Shown: positions 23,721 to 31,745 of the stretch, piece by piece
Position numbering within the stretch: position 1 is the stretch's first letter
Layout of the letters: each line of letters opens with the position of its first letter
From: Thermodesulfobacteriota bacterium
GTDB lineage: Bacteria > Desulfobacterota > BSN033 > UBA1163
Assembly (NCBI GenBank): GCA_035454825.1
Contig: DATIGG010000192.1
Location: forward strand, 1-32,323
DNA: 32,323 bases
Reading direction: 5' to 3'
Notes under the pieces: model-generated
Seen by the model: the letters and a program-made list of their open reading frames with translations, nothing else
Databases searched by the model: none
What the model was told of the DNA's origin: nothing
Translations under genes and position numbers: made by a program

Positions 23721-23735
23721 GAATCAAATGATGCT

Positions 23736-24203
23736 ATGAAGGACACCCGGAGCTACAATCGTGTTTCCGCCATTTTTTTTCTGTTTGTTGGTGTCTTCTT
23801 TACCCTCTATGCCCGGAAAGTGGAGATCGGAACCTGGACAGAACCAGGCCCTGGATTTTTGCCTTTCTGGGCAGGATTAACCCTTACAGCCATGTCAATC
23901 GCCCTCCATATAGGAAGTTATGCGAAAAAGACCTGGCAGGCCAGGTCCTCTTTCTTCCCCCAACCCGATTCCTGGAAGAGGGTCCTGGCAACCTTCCTTT
24001 CGCTGGTTGTCTATAATATCCTCCTGACCATCTTTGGTTTTACGATCACAACCTTTCTCTTTTTGCTCTTTCTGGTCAAATTCATCTTTCCTCAGACCTG
24101 GAAGAGGACATTGACCGTTTCCATCTGCGGGTCCCTCTTTGCCCGGTTGCTCTTCATCAATTTTTTAGAAACGCAACTTCCGAAGGGATTTCTCGGTTTT
24201 TAG
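23736..24203 (+). CDS. tctB: tripartite tricarboxylate transporter small membrane subunit (TctB family)
   Basis: 155 aa with 4 TM helices. It lies immediately upstream of tctA. The N-terminal pattern is R.S.IFFLFVGVFF..YA. Confidence 0.75.
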   Translation: MKDTRSYNRVSAIFFLFVGVFFTLYARKVEIGTWTEPGPGFLPFWAGLTLTAMSIALHIGSYAKKTWQARSSFFPQPDSWKRVLATFLSLVVYNILLTIFGFTITTFLFLLFLVKFIFPQTWKRTLTVSICGSLFARLLFINFLETQLPKGFLGF

Positions 24204-24210
24204 GCGCCCT

Positions 24211-25728
24211 ATGGATATCTTAAGCCACCTGGCCCTTGGAGCCCAGGTCATTTTTCAGCCTGTCAATCTTTTTTTCTGTTTTCTGGGCGTCCTCATGGGG
24301 ACCCTGGTCGGTGTGCTTCCGGGTCTTGGTCCGACGGCAGCCATTGCCTTACTCCTTCCCAATACATTCCATGTCTCCCCGGTGACAGCCATCATCATGC
24401 TCGCAGGCATCTATTATGGCGCCATGTATGGCGGATCGACGACCTCCGTCCTGGTTAATATTCCTGGAGAGGCGGCCTCGGTGATTACCTGCCTCGACGG
24501 GTATCAGATGGCCCGGAAGGGCCGCGCAGGTCCGGCTCTGGGGATCGCTGCTTTTGGGTCTTTTATTGCCGGCACGGTATCGATCATCGGACTCATGCTT
24601 GTTGCTCCGCCTCTGGCGAAGTTTGCCCTGGCCTTCGGGCCACCCGAGTATTTCAGTCTGATGCTTCTTGGCATTATTATCCTGATCTATTTGGCCTCGG
24701 GGTCAATCCTGAAGGCGCTGATGATGTTTGTCTTTGGATTATTGCTGAGCACCATTGGGATGGACTGTATTTCCGGCACCCAGCGTCTGACCTTTGGTGT
24801 CCTCGAACTCTGTGACGGGGTAGGCCTGATTCCTGCCATCATGGGCCTCTTCGGCGTGGCTGAGGTTATTGCCAATGTGGAAGAGACCATGAAGAGGCAG
24901 GTGATTGCTACCCGGGTCAAAAATCTCTTGCCCAATCTCCGGGACTGGAAGGACTCTTTCTGGCCGATCATCCGGGGTTCTGTCCTTGGTTTCTTCATCG
25001 GCATCCTTCCAGGGCCGGCGCCCGTTATTTCTTCTTTCAGTTCTTACGCCATCGAGAAAAAACTTTCAAAACACCCTGAAAAATTTGGGACAGGTGTCAT
25101 TGAAGGCGTTGCCGGTCCGGAATCTGCCAATAACGCAGCTACGGGAGGAGCTTTCATTCCTCTTTTTACTTTAGGCATTCCGGTAAATTCGGTCATTGCC
25201 ATTCTCCTGGGAGCCTTCATGATCCATGGCATTCAACCAGGTCCCATGATCATCACGAAACATCCGGACCTATTCTGGGGAACGGTCATGAGCATGTATT
25301 TAGGAAATGCTATGCTCTTGGTTCTCAATCTTCCCCTCATCGGCCTCTGGGTGCAGGTCCTGAGAGTCCCTTATCCTATTCTCTTTCCGCTCATTCTTCT
25401 TTTCTGTCTGGTCGGGGTTTACAGCCTCAATTACAGCCTGGTTGAGATTAGCCTGATGATCGGATTTGGGGTTTTCGGGTATTTAGCAAGAAAATTTCAG
25501 TTTGAGATGGCTCCCCTTGTTCTTGCCATCGTGATCGGGCCGATGATGGAGAACAACTTGCGCCTCTCCCTGGTCATCTCTCAAGGAAATCCTATGATCT
25601 TCCTCACCCATCCTATCTCGGCAGTATTTATTGGCATCACACTGGTGTTGTTGTTATCTCCTTTTGTTCCATGGATAGGGAGGCGGCGCCAAAAGCTTCA
25701 AGAGAAGGTCGAAGGAGAAGGAGTCTAA
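24211..25728 (+). CDS. tctA: tripartite tricarboxylate transporter large permease (TctA family)
   Basis: 505 aa, polytopic. GVLPGLGPTAAIALLLP, GAMYGGSTTSVL.NIPGE and GILPGPAPVISSF are typical TctA segments. Confidence 0.9.
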   Translation: MDILSHLALGAQVIFQPVNLFFCFLGVLMGTLVGVLPGLGPTAAIALLLPNTFHVSPVTAIIMLAGIYYGAMYGGSTTSVLVNIPGEAASVITCLDGYQMARKGRAGPALGIAAFGSFIAGTVSIIGLMLVAPPLAKFALAFGPPEYFSLMLLGIIILIYLASGSILKALMMFVFGLLLSTIGMDCISGTQRLTFGVLELCDGVGLIPAIMGLFGVAEVIANVEETMKRQVIATRVKNLLPNLRDWKDSFWPIIRGSVLGFFIGILPGPAPVISSFSSYAIEKKLSKHPEKFGTGVIEGVAGPESANNAATGGAFIPLFTLGIPVNSVIAILLGAFMIHGIQPGPMIITKHPDLFWGTVMSMYLGNAMLLVLNLPLIGLWVQVLRVPYPILFPLILLFCLVGVYSLNYSLVEISLMIGFGVFGYLARKFQFEMAPLVLAIVIGPMMENNLRLSLVISQGNPMIFLTHPISAVFIGITLVLLLSPFVPWIGRRRQKLQEKVEGEGV

Positions 25729-25739
25729 TGTCCCATGCC

Positions 25740-25990
25740 CGGGGGCACCCCTGCCTGCGCCAAGGCTTCGGCAGGCAGGCTCGAACCATGAAAATTGATA
25801 ACCCCCCACTGTTCCCCCCTTAATTTAAGGGGGGATGAAGGGGGGTTAGAGTTGCGGTTACGAAGCCCGTTTCGTTTAGTGTCAATGGGTTACGTCAAGT
25901 TCTAAGGACCAATCCCGCCTATAGCGGGATAACCGAATGACGATACCGGCCCCGAACCTAATATGGTACAGGGCGGGTGCCGTAACCGTT
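25740..25990. repeat. cluster of REP-like hairpins
   Basis: cctgcctgc (25750-25758) pairs with gcaggcagg (25771-25779). cccccctta (25814-25822) pairs with taagggggg (25826-25834). There is also cccgcctatagcggg. Confidence 0.45.
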
Positions 25991-26022
25991 GGACGAAACC
26001 TTTTTCTAACTAAGAAAGGAGA

Positions 26023-26994
26023 ATGAAGATGAAGCACTGGAAACAGATGGTCGTTGTCTTAGTTATTCTTTCTGCGCTTTGCATCCCCGCATGGGCTCAG
26101 GATTTTCCAAAGGGACCGGTTAATTACATGAATCCCTTCAACCCGGGTGGAGAGGTGGACATTGCTGCCCGGGCCATGCAGCCTTACATCGAGAAAAACC
26201 TGGGAGTTCCCTTTGTCATCCAGTATCTTCCCGGCGCGGGGGGAGCCCTCTGCTGGTCAAAACTGGCTGCAGCTAAGCCGGACGGGTACACGATCGGGGG
26301 ATTCAGCATCCCTCACATCATTCTCCAACCCATGTTCATGAAGGATGTCGCTTTCAAGACTGACGATTTCGTTATCCTTTCTATTGTGGAGTATACCCCC
26401 ATCGGGTTGGCTGTGAAGAAAGGTTTCAAGGCCTCGACGGTGAAGGAGTTTATCGAATATGCCAAGGCGAACCCTGGAAAGGTTTCCTGCGGAGGGGTTG
26501 GAAAGTTTACAGGCCATCATTTTGCCGCATTACAATTCATGAAGATGGCGGGGATCAAACTCAATTACGTAACCTTCACCGGGACAGCCCCTATGCAGAC
26601 GGCGCTGATGGGTGGCCATATCGATGCGGTTTTCTCCAATTCGACCATGATGGTGAGCAGCGGGGAAGAGATCAAAGTGCTTGCCATCGGGTCTGAGAAA
26701 CGAATGGGTCAGCTTGCTGATGTTCCCACGTTCAAAGAATTGGGGATGGAATTCTACCCCCGTATTGCACGGGGTGCCATGGCGCCCAAGACTGTCCCCA
26801 AGGATATCATGAAACGGCTCGAAAAGGCCTTTCTGGATACAACCTCAAAACCTGATTTTAAAGCCAAGATGGAGGCGGCGGGCTTTGTGCCCCAGGTCTG
26901 GGGAATTGAGGAGTCCCAGAAATATCTCGATTCTGAAGCAAAGCTTCTCAATAAATTGATCCAGGAGTTCGACCTATTATCGACGAAGAACTAG
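26023..26994 (+). CDS. tctC: TctC/Bug-family periplasmic solute-binding protein, copy 1
   Basis: Signal peptide ending AWA|QDFPKGP. PFNPGGEVD, LPGAGGAL, KPDGYT and FTGTAP are typical Bug/TctC motifs. The second ATG (26029) is better spaced from the AAGGAG SD. Confidence 0.85.
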   Translation: MKMKHWKQMVVVLVILSALCIPAWAQDFPKGPVNYMNPFNPGGEVDIAARAMQPYIEKNLGVPFVIQYLPGAGGALCWSKLAAAKPDGYTIGGFSIPHIILQPMFMKDVAFKTDDFVILSIVEYTPIGLAVKKGFKASTVKEFIEYAKANPGKVSCGGVGKFTGHHFAALQFMKMAGIKLNYVTFTGTAPMQTALMGGHIDAVFSNSTMMVSSGEEIKVLAIGSEKRMGQLADVPTFKELGMEFYPRIARGAMAPKTVPKDIMKRLEKAFLDTTSKPDFKAKMEAAGFVPQVWGIEESQKYLDSEAKLLNKLIQEFDLLSTKN

Positions 26995-27122
26995 GTTCGC
27001 CCCACTGTTCTTCTCCCTCGAGAGAACTGTGTTGTAACAGGGGAAGCCCTGGAATATGTCATGATAGACCTTGGGCTGAACTTTTGATTCAGCATCTACA
27101 TGGCGACATAACTCCTGTTTAG

Positions 27123-27215
27123 TTTGTCATCCCGGACTTGATCCGGGATCCAGTGTATTTCTGGATTCCCGCTGGAGTTCAGCCCATACTTGATACGGGG
27201 CCGGAATGGCACCAT
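27123..27215. repeat. REP-like element
   Basis: tcccgga-cttga-tccggga hairpin (27130-27148) followed by ctggattcccgctgg... The track's long ORF start at 27138 reads through it. Confidence 0.5.
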
Positions 27216-27299
27216 TTGCTGCGATTAATCTGGCTGTGTATAGTTTTTGATAATACAGATATTTTTAACATTACGTTCTGCTCAGGAAGGAGGTTTCAC

Positions 27300-28262
27300 A
27301 TGAAAAAAGTTTTCTGGTCGCTTATGGTGGTCGTGTTTTGTCTTTTCTCAACCCTCGCAATGGCGGCAGCCGATTTTCCGAAAGGGCCCATCACCTATAT
27401 TATCCCTTTCAATCCAGGGGGACAGTCTGATGTGGAAGCCCGCTTGCAACAGCCTCACCTCGAAAAGATCCTGGGAGTGCCTATTGTTGTCAATTACCTG
27501 CCCGGGGCAGGGGGGGCTTTGGCCTGGACAAAATTTGTTCAGATGAAGCCGGATGGATACTCGGTTTGCGGGATCAACATTCCCCATATCATCCTTCAGC
27601 CCCTTTCCCAGAAGGATGCAAATTTTAAGACGGAAGAGCTGAAACCCCTGTGCCTCTTTGAATCGACTCCCATCGGCCTGGCCGTGAAGAAAGATTCAAA
27701 AATCAACACCCTAAAAGAGTTTATCGATTTCGCAAAGGCCAATCCCGGAAAGATCACGGTCGGGATCTCCGGAAAATTCTCCGGACACCATATGGCCTCT
27801 CTCCAGTTCATGAAGATGACGGATACGAAGCTGACCCTGGTCACCTTCACGGGAGCGGCCCCGCAGGTGACAGCACTCCTGGGCGGTCATGTAGAGGCCA
27901 TCTGGGGAAATTCGTCGGACTTGGTCGGCTATCATGACCAGATGAAAATCCTGGCCATCGGCACGGAAAAACGGTTGGATACCCTCAAGGATGTATCGAC
28001 CTTCCAGGAACAGGGGATGAAATTTTACCCGCGAATCGATCGGGGTGTCGCCGTTCCGAAGGATACGCCGGCAGAGATCACTGAAAAGCTGGAGAAGGCC
28101 TTTCTTGATACCGTGAAGATGGAGGACTATCATTCCAAGATCGTGAAAGCAGGGTTTGTCCCCATGGGGCTAAACAGCCAGCAGTCGATCAAATATATTG
28201 CCGAACAGACGGAGATCTTTAAGAAGCTTCTGGCCGAGCACAACCTTCTCCTGCAGAAGTAG
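27300..28262 (+). CDS. tctC: TctC/Bug-family periplasmic solute-binding protein, copy 2 (tandem paralog)
   Basis: The ATG at 27300 is preceded by GGAAGGAGG. Signal peptide MKKVFWSLMVVVFCLFSTLAMAAA|DFPKGP. It is collinear with copy 1 over the whole length (PFNPGGQSD, LPGAGGAL, KPDGYS, FTGAAP). Confidence 0.85.
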   Translation: MKKVFWSLMVVVFCLFSTLAMAAADFPKGPITYIIPFNPGGQSDVEARLQQPHLEKILGVPIVVNYLPGAGGALAWTKFVQMKPDGYSVCGINIPHIILQPLSQKDANFKTEELKPLCLFESTPIGLAVKKDSKINTLKEFIDFAKANPGKITVGISGKFSGHHMASLQFMKMTDTKLTLVTFTGAAPQVTALLGGHVEAIWGNSSDLVGYHDQMKILAIGTEKRLDTLKDVSTFQEQGMKFYPRIDRGVAVPKDTPAEITEKLEKAFLDTVKMEDYHSKIVKAGFVPMGLNSQQSIKYIAEQTEIFKKLLAEHNLLLQK

Positions 28263-28306
28263 TTGTCTCCTTCATCAATAACATGGATCCCAAATCCCCA
28301 TTTAGA

Positions 28307-28459
28307 ATTTGTCATTGCGAGGGAACCGAAGCAATCTCGTTTTTTTCGTTGAGATTGCCACGCCTGTGTGCCGAAACTCGTACTTGCAGGGGAATTTTTT
28401 CGGGTACTCAGGCGTGCACGCGCCTTTTCCCGCTTTTAGCGGGACTTGCAATGACATTT
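28307..28459. repeat. REP-like composite palindrome
   Basis: tgtcattgc (28310-28318) pairs with gcaatgaca (28448-28456). The inner hairpin is gcaatctc (28331-28338) / gagattgc (28351-28358). It also contains cccgcttttagcggg (28429-28443). Confidence 0.5.
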
Positions 28460-28654
28460 CGGACAAAAGTTTTCTTTTTCTATATCAGGACTTGGATGGA
28501 TATATGAGGGGAGATGGAAGCTTTCATCTCCCCTATTGTAGGCGGGCGTAAGGGGTGTCTTGATCCTCCCTACGAGGTCTTTTTTGGATGGCGGACCCGC
28601 TTCGCTTGATCCACCCTACAGGGTTTACTGGTTGGCCAATTGTCAGACCCATCT

Positions 28655-28827
28655 CTATGATAATCTCTTAATGATTCTTTTAGCGAGGCCATCTTCAATT
28701 TCTTTGTGCTTGGAACAGGTTGATTTCTGCCGGTTTGAGGATTTTTGTACCGATCATGGTTGCCACCATGACGCACAAAAACACAACCACTTGAATTAAT
28801 GATTCTAAGTAGCTCTTCTCTTTTCAA
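28655..28827 (-). pseudogene. hicA: hicA-type toxin gene with a single-nucleotide frameshift
   Basis: The N-terminal 39 aa (MKREELLRIINSSGCVFVRHGGNHDRYKNPQTGRNQPVP) are HicA-like. After CCA AG the canonical C-terminus HKEIEDGLAKRIIKRLS-stop continues in another frame and ends at 28655-28657. The track frame instead runs on to 28570 with unrelated sequence. Confidence 0.65.
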
Positions 28828-29015
28828 ATTGCTACTTCCAATATCTGAAAAGGTTCTGCGTCAGGCACTAAACCTTTCCTAATATCATCATAGATTTCTA
28901 TCAAATTGTCTCTCAATTCTTCTAAGGTCTTTCCTTGGCTTTCATAGTTGGGATATTCCTGGATATGTCCCACAAACCATCCTTTTTCCTCTTTATATAC
29001 GATATTTAGTTTCAT
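28824..29015 (-). CDS. hicB: HicB-type antitoxin (short, N-terminal-domain-only form)
   Basis: MKLNIVYKEEKGWFVGHIQEYPNYESQGKTLEELRDNLIEIYDDI... is the HicB fold pattern. The GGGAGAAA SD is correctly spaced before the ATG at 29015. The stop overlaps the hicA TTG start (TTGA). Confidence 0.7.
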   Translation of the reverse strand: MKLNIVYKEEKGWFVGHIQEYPNYESQGKTLEELRDNLIEIYDDIRKGLVPDAEPFQILEVAI

Positions 29016-29054
29016 AAATTTCTCCCTTCTATTCTTCTTGATTCTCTTATGTGA

Positions 29055-29144
29055 ACAATTCCCAGCAGTCCCCGCAAGCGCTGCCCGTGCCTCTGGGGGA
29101 GGCTTCAAAGCTTCCTTTAAGAGATGAGAGAGGTTCTGTTTCAT
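29055..29144 (-). pseudogene. stub of an addiction-module antitoxin (Unstab_antitox-like N-terminus) fused in frame upstream of hicB
   Basis: MKQNLSHLLKEALKPPPEARAALAG resembles the ..LL.EAL.LP.EERA.LA.. N-terminus of that antitoxin family. The remainder is missing. Confidence 0.35.
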
Positions 29145-29549
29145 GTTCCTATTTTATCTCAGACATCAACAAAAGGCTATAATTTCCAAAGGTCTGATTT
29201 TGTCGGTAAACAAGCACGCTTGCAGGGGAGAAGCAAATAATTCTAAGGTCAGTATTCCGCAACCTGTCCCCTTTCTTCTTTGTTTATAAATTCCTGCCAG
29301 AGTCAACCCCGTTGAAAATTAGGGCGGGAATGACTCATTGAACCTTCATCGTCTCCAGTGGCGCTTTGAGGTGCTGGGATGCTTTTTGTTGTTTCCCCCC
29401 CTCTTCCTATTTACTGAGACCTCCTGCTTCTTGCAGGCTATAAGGCTAAAGGGTTGATTTGAAGAATAATCAGATAAAACCCTGACTAACCACTGCACCT
29501 ACTATTCTTCAACACCATCAATATCAATAGCAATGTTCAATGGGGTATA

Positions 29550-29584
29550 AAGAAAAAGGCAGAACCAATTACAGCTCTGCCTTT
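29550..29584 (-). terminator. second (tandem) terminator-like hairpin downstream of the cupredoxin-CHRD gene
   Basis: The stem is ggcaga / tctgcc, extendable by A-T pairs (29555-29563 / 29576-29584). On the minus strand it is followed by tttttct. Confidence 0.45.
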
Positions 29585-29659
29585 CTTGTCTGAAAAATCG
29601 GAATGTATTTTTCTTTGCCACAACTTCATTTCTTCCTGATCATCTTTTTAAAACGAGGG

Positions 29660-29698
29660 AAAAAAGGGTGGAGAATAGCTTACTCTCCACCTTTTTTC
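29660..29698 (-). terminator. Rho-independent terminator of the cupredoxin-CHRD gene (bidirectional shape)
   Basis: 8-bp stem ggtggaga (29667-29674) / tctccacc (29684-29691), flanked by an A-run upstream and a T-run downstream. It lies 25 nt past the stop at 29716. Confidence 0.7.
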
Positions 29699-29715
29699 CC
29701 CTCCGGTTATTCGCA

Positions 29716-30951
29716 TCAATAATCCCAGCACCCTGGGCAAGCGTCGTTGCTGCCTGGTGGAAAGATGATCTGACCTCGGATTTCACCTCCTGGATTGTTT
29801 CCTGTATGAATATTGACATACAGTAGATGGGCTACTAATGCGGTGAGTTGATCTGTGGTGAGGACAGTCCCCGCCGGGACTGTCCATTCCCCCGCGGTTA
29901 CACCTAATCCGCCCTCTAGGGGGATGATCACAGGACCCGGTACTCCAGCAGCGCCTTGATGGATATGTGCCGCCGTTGCATTGCCTGAAAGCCCAGTGAA
30001 ATCGACCCTTCCACTGATCGCCCCGGTATTGGTGATAATGAAAACAGCATTTCCACTTCCTGTTGTGACAACGGGGGGTACCTCCTGATCACCACTTAGG
30101 GTCGTTGTTATCACAACGACGTTCTGAACAGGGGTCAATGTGGCTCTGAAATTTGCGCTAAAAACAAATTCCCCATCGGAGGCTCCTCCTCCAATACTCC
30201 CATTCAGGCTGATGGAGACCACGGCTCCAGAGCTCTTCTTCAGTGAGCCCTTGGAATTGATAAAGAAAGGTCCTGTTTTATTTCCCCCGGTCACGGGTCT
30301 TGAAGAATCCCCTGCGCCCACCAGGAGAAGTTGATCGGTCGTGCTCCTTGTGCTAAAGGTCCTTATAAAAGAAGCATCCAAGGCACAGAATGTTGTACCA
30401 TCATCGCCTGAGAATTTAACAAAGCAACCTTCTTCGTCGGCCAGTAAGGAATCTCCTTTAAAGATTAACTTAATTGTCCCGGTAAAGGGTTGCGTCGTGG
30501 AAGTGAATTTTTGATTCCCGGTGGCATCCGGTGGAGTCGTTGAGGTGAATTTGATGGAGAAAGAGGCAGGACCACTAAAGAGTGTTTGGTTTTGTGTGGG
30601 TTGGCTGCCGACGACAACGGTACCTACCATTCCGATAAGACAATGGGGTGTACAAATATAGGGGAATGTCCCTGCTGTATCAAATACACGCTCAAAGGTC
30701 TGATTAGGATTCAGGAATCCTGAATCCCATATTCCATCGGGAGTACAGCCTGTTCCACTTGTGCTTGTATGCTGAACCCCAGTGGTTGTTTTGTTCTCCC
30801 ATTTTACCGTGTCGCCCGGATTAATGTGGACAATCGGCGGGTCAAAAGCAAAATCTTTCATGTCTACCGTGATGACTGCTGAATAAGAACTTGCTACGGA
30901 GAAAGATAAGAACGTGATCAGTGACAATGCAAACAAGGTCAACTTTTTCAT
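29716..30951 (-). CDS. secreted fusion protein: N-terminal type-1 copper cupredoxin domain, unknown beta-rich middle region, C-terminal CHRD domain
   Basis: AAGGAGGA SD before the ATG at 30951. Signal peptide MKKLTLFALSLITFLSFSVASSYSA. The copper ligand pattern is H(TSTSG) ... YICTPHCLIGMVG. CHRD signatures are LSGDQEVPPV, ATAAHIHQGAAGVPGPVI and YVNIHTGNNPGGEIRGQI. The C-terminal tail is ..ACPGCWDY. Confidence 0.8.
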   Translation of the reverse strand: MKKLTLFALSLITFLSFSVASSYSAVITVDMKDFAFDPPIVHINPGDTVKWENKTTTGVQHTSTSGTGCTPDGIWDSGFLNPNQTFERVFDTAGTFPYICTPHCLIGMVGTVVVGSQPTQNQTLFSGPASFSIKFTSTTPPDATGNQKFTSTTQPFTGTIKLIFKGDSLLADEEGCFVKFSGDDGTTFCALDASFIRTFSTRSTTDQLLLVGAGDSSRPVTGGNKTGPFFINSKGSLKKSSGAVVSISLNGSIGGGASDGEFVFSANFRATLTPVQNVVVITTTLSGDQEVPPVVTTGSGNAVFIITNTGAISGRVDFTGLSGNATAAHIHQGAAGVPGPVIIPLEGGLGVTAGEWTVPAGTVLTTDQLTALVAHLLYVNIHTGNNPGGEIRGQIIFPPGSNDACPGCWDY

Positions 30952-31004
30952 TTTAAAATCCTCCTTACTTTTAGATTTTAGTGGGTTGATATTCAAAATC
31001 TCCA

Positions 31005-31133
31005 TCACCTTTCGTCGAAGCGCCCTTCCGCGAGAGTTGTGCCCACGAAGCCGGAAGCCGGTGTCGCCAAGGCCTTTCCTACGAGCACAATAAACACCAC
31101 AAGGAACATTATGATCATAGCAATTTTCTTCAT
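31005..31133 (-). other. 42-codon ORF encoding a signal peptide plus a short tail; possible stub of a secreted cupin-type gene
   Basis: MKKIAMIIMFLVVFIVLVGKALA|TPASGFVGTTLAEGRFDER. The SD is weak. The stop overlaps the upstream extension of the next ORF. Confidence 0.3.
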
Positions 31134-31342
31134 TTTGTTTTCTGCTTTCAAAATTAGTCCTGTTTGATTGATGCCCCGAACCCTTTATTGTTCCCCGAAT
31201 GTAATCTCACCCACTCCACAATCATAAAAACCCCACCTCCTTTCATGGCCCTACGCTTTGAGTTTGACTAAAATTTAGGAAAAGGAAGTTGCCGTGCTTC
31301 CCACCAACCTACCAATAGCATTTCAATAAGTAAATAGGGTGA

Positions 31343-31373
31343 ATACTGTATTGTTGCAGAAAAAATACAGTAT
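31343..31373. promoter_or_regulatory. perfect 10-bp inverted repeat ATACTGTATT-N11-AATACAGTAT
   Basis: Read directly from the sequence. The function is unknown. Confidence 0.35.
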
Positions 31374-31408
31374 CTTTCATTGAGGGCTGTTGATTTCAAT
31401 TCGAAAGG

Positions 31409-31699
31409 TTACATTTTGAGGTAAGATTCAGGAATATGGGATACAGGAAGAAATTCTTCTTGAGAATTTTTGCCCTTAAAAAAATAGGGGATTATCCCGT
31501 TTTTCGTAAAAAATGTAACGGTGCGACCCATGCCAACCATTTGGGTCACTGAGTTGTTTTTACCAGAGACAAGGCTTTCTGCCTTTAGATCCGAATAGTC
31601 TGCGATGAGATCGAAGTGGGAGTCTGCTTGGACAAGAAGAGCGTTCTCCCTCAGAGCGGAAGCAGCGACAGAAATATCCGTATGAGGAACCTGTTGCAA
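31409..31699 (-). pseudogene. possible C-terminal remnant of a PIN-domain (VapC-like) toxin gene
   Basis: DISVAASALRENALLVQADSHFDLIA resembles the last conserved PIN segment (D..iAA.A......L.T.D..F). No N-terminal half is possible because uvrC begins 47 nt upstream on the other strand. Only a TTG start is available. Confidence 0.3.
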
Positions 31700-31745
31700 A
31701 AGTCTGAAGCATCGTATAATTTTAAAATTGGTTCCTCAGAGGGGT

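Noticed and set aside
27138-27299. N-terminal 54-aa extension of the second TctC ORF
   Set aside because: The extension is translated REP sequence (..IRDPVYFWIPAGVQ..). The ATG at 27300 has a GGAAGGAGG SD and starts a proper signal peptide.
29016-29144. 106-aa version of HicB starting at 29144
   Set aside because: The internal ATG at 29015 has a well-placed SD and gives a normal-size HicB. The upstream part resembles a different antitoxin N-terminus and is treated as a stub.
30952-31008. 19-aa N-terminal extension (MMEILNINPLKSKSKEDFK) of the cupredoxin-CHRD ORF
   Set aside because: The AAGGAGGA SD lies inside this extension and the signal peptide begins at the ATG at 30951.
31343-31373. 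Calling the palindrome a LexA/SOS box for uvrC
   Set aside because: The half-site spacing (19 nt between CTGT and ACAG) does not fit the 8-nt spacing of the E. coli-type box, and the organism's own LexA motif is unknown.
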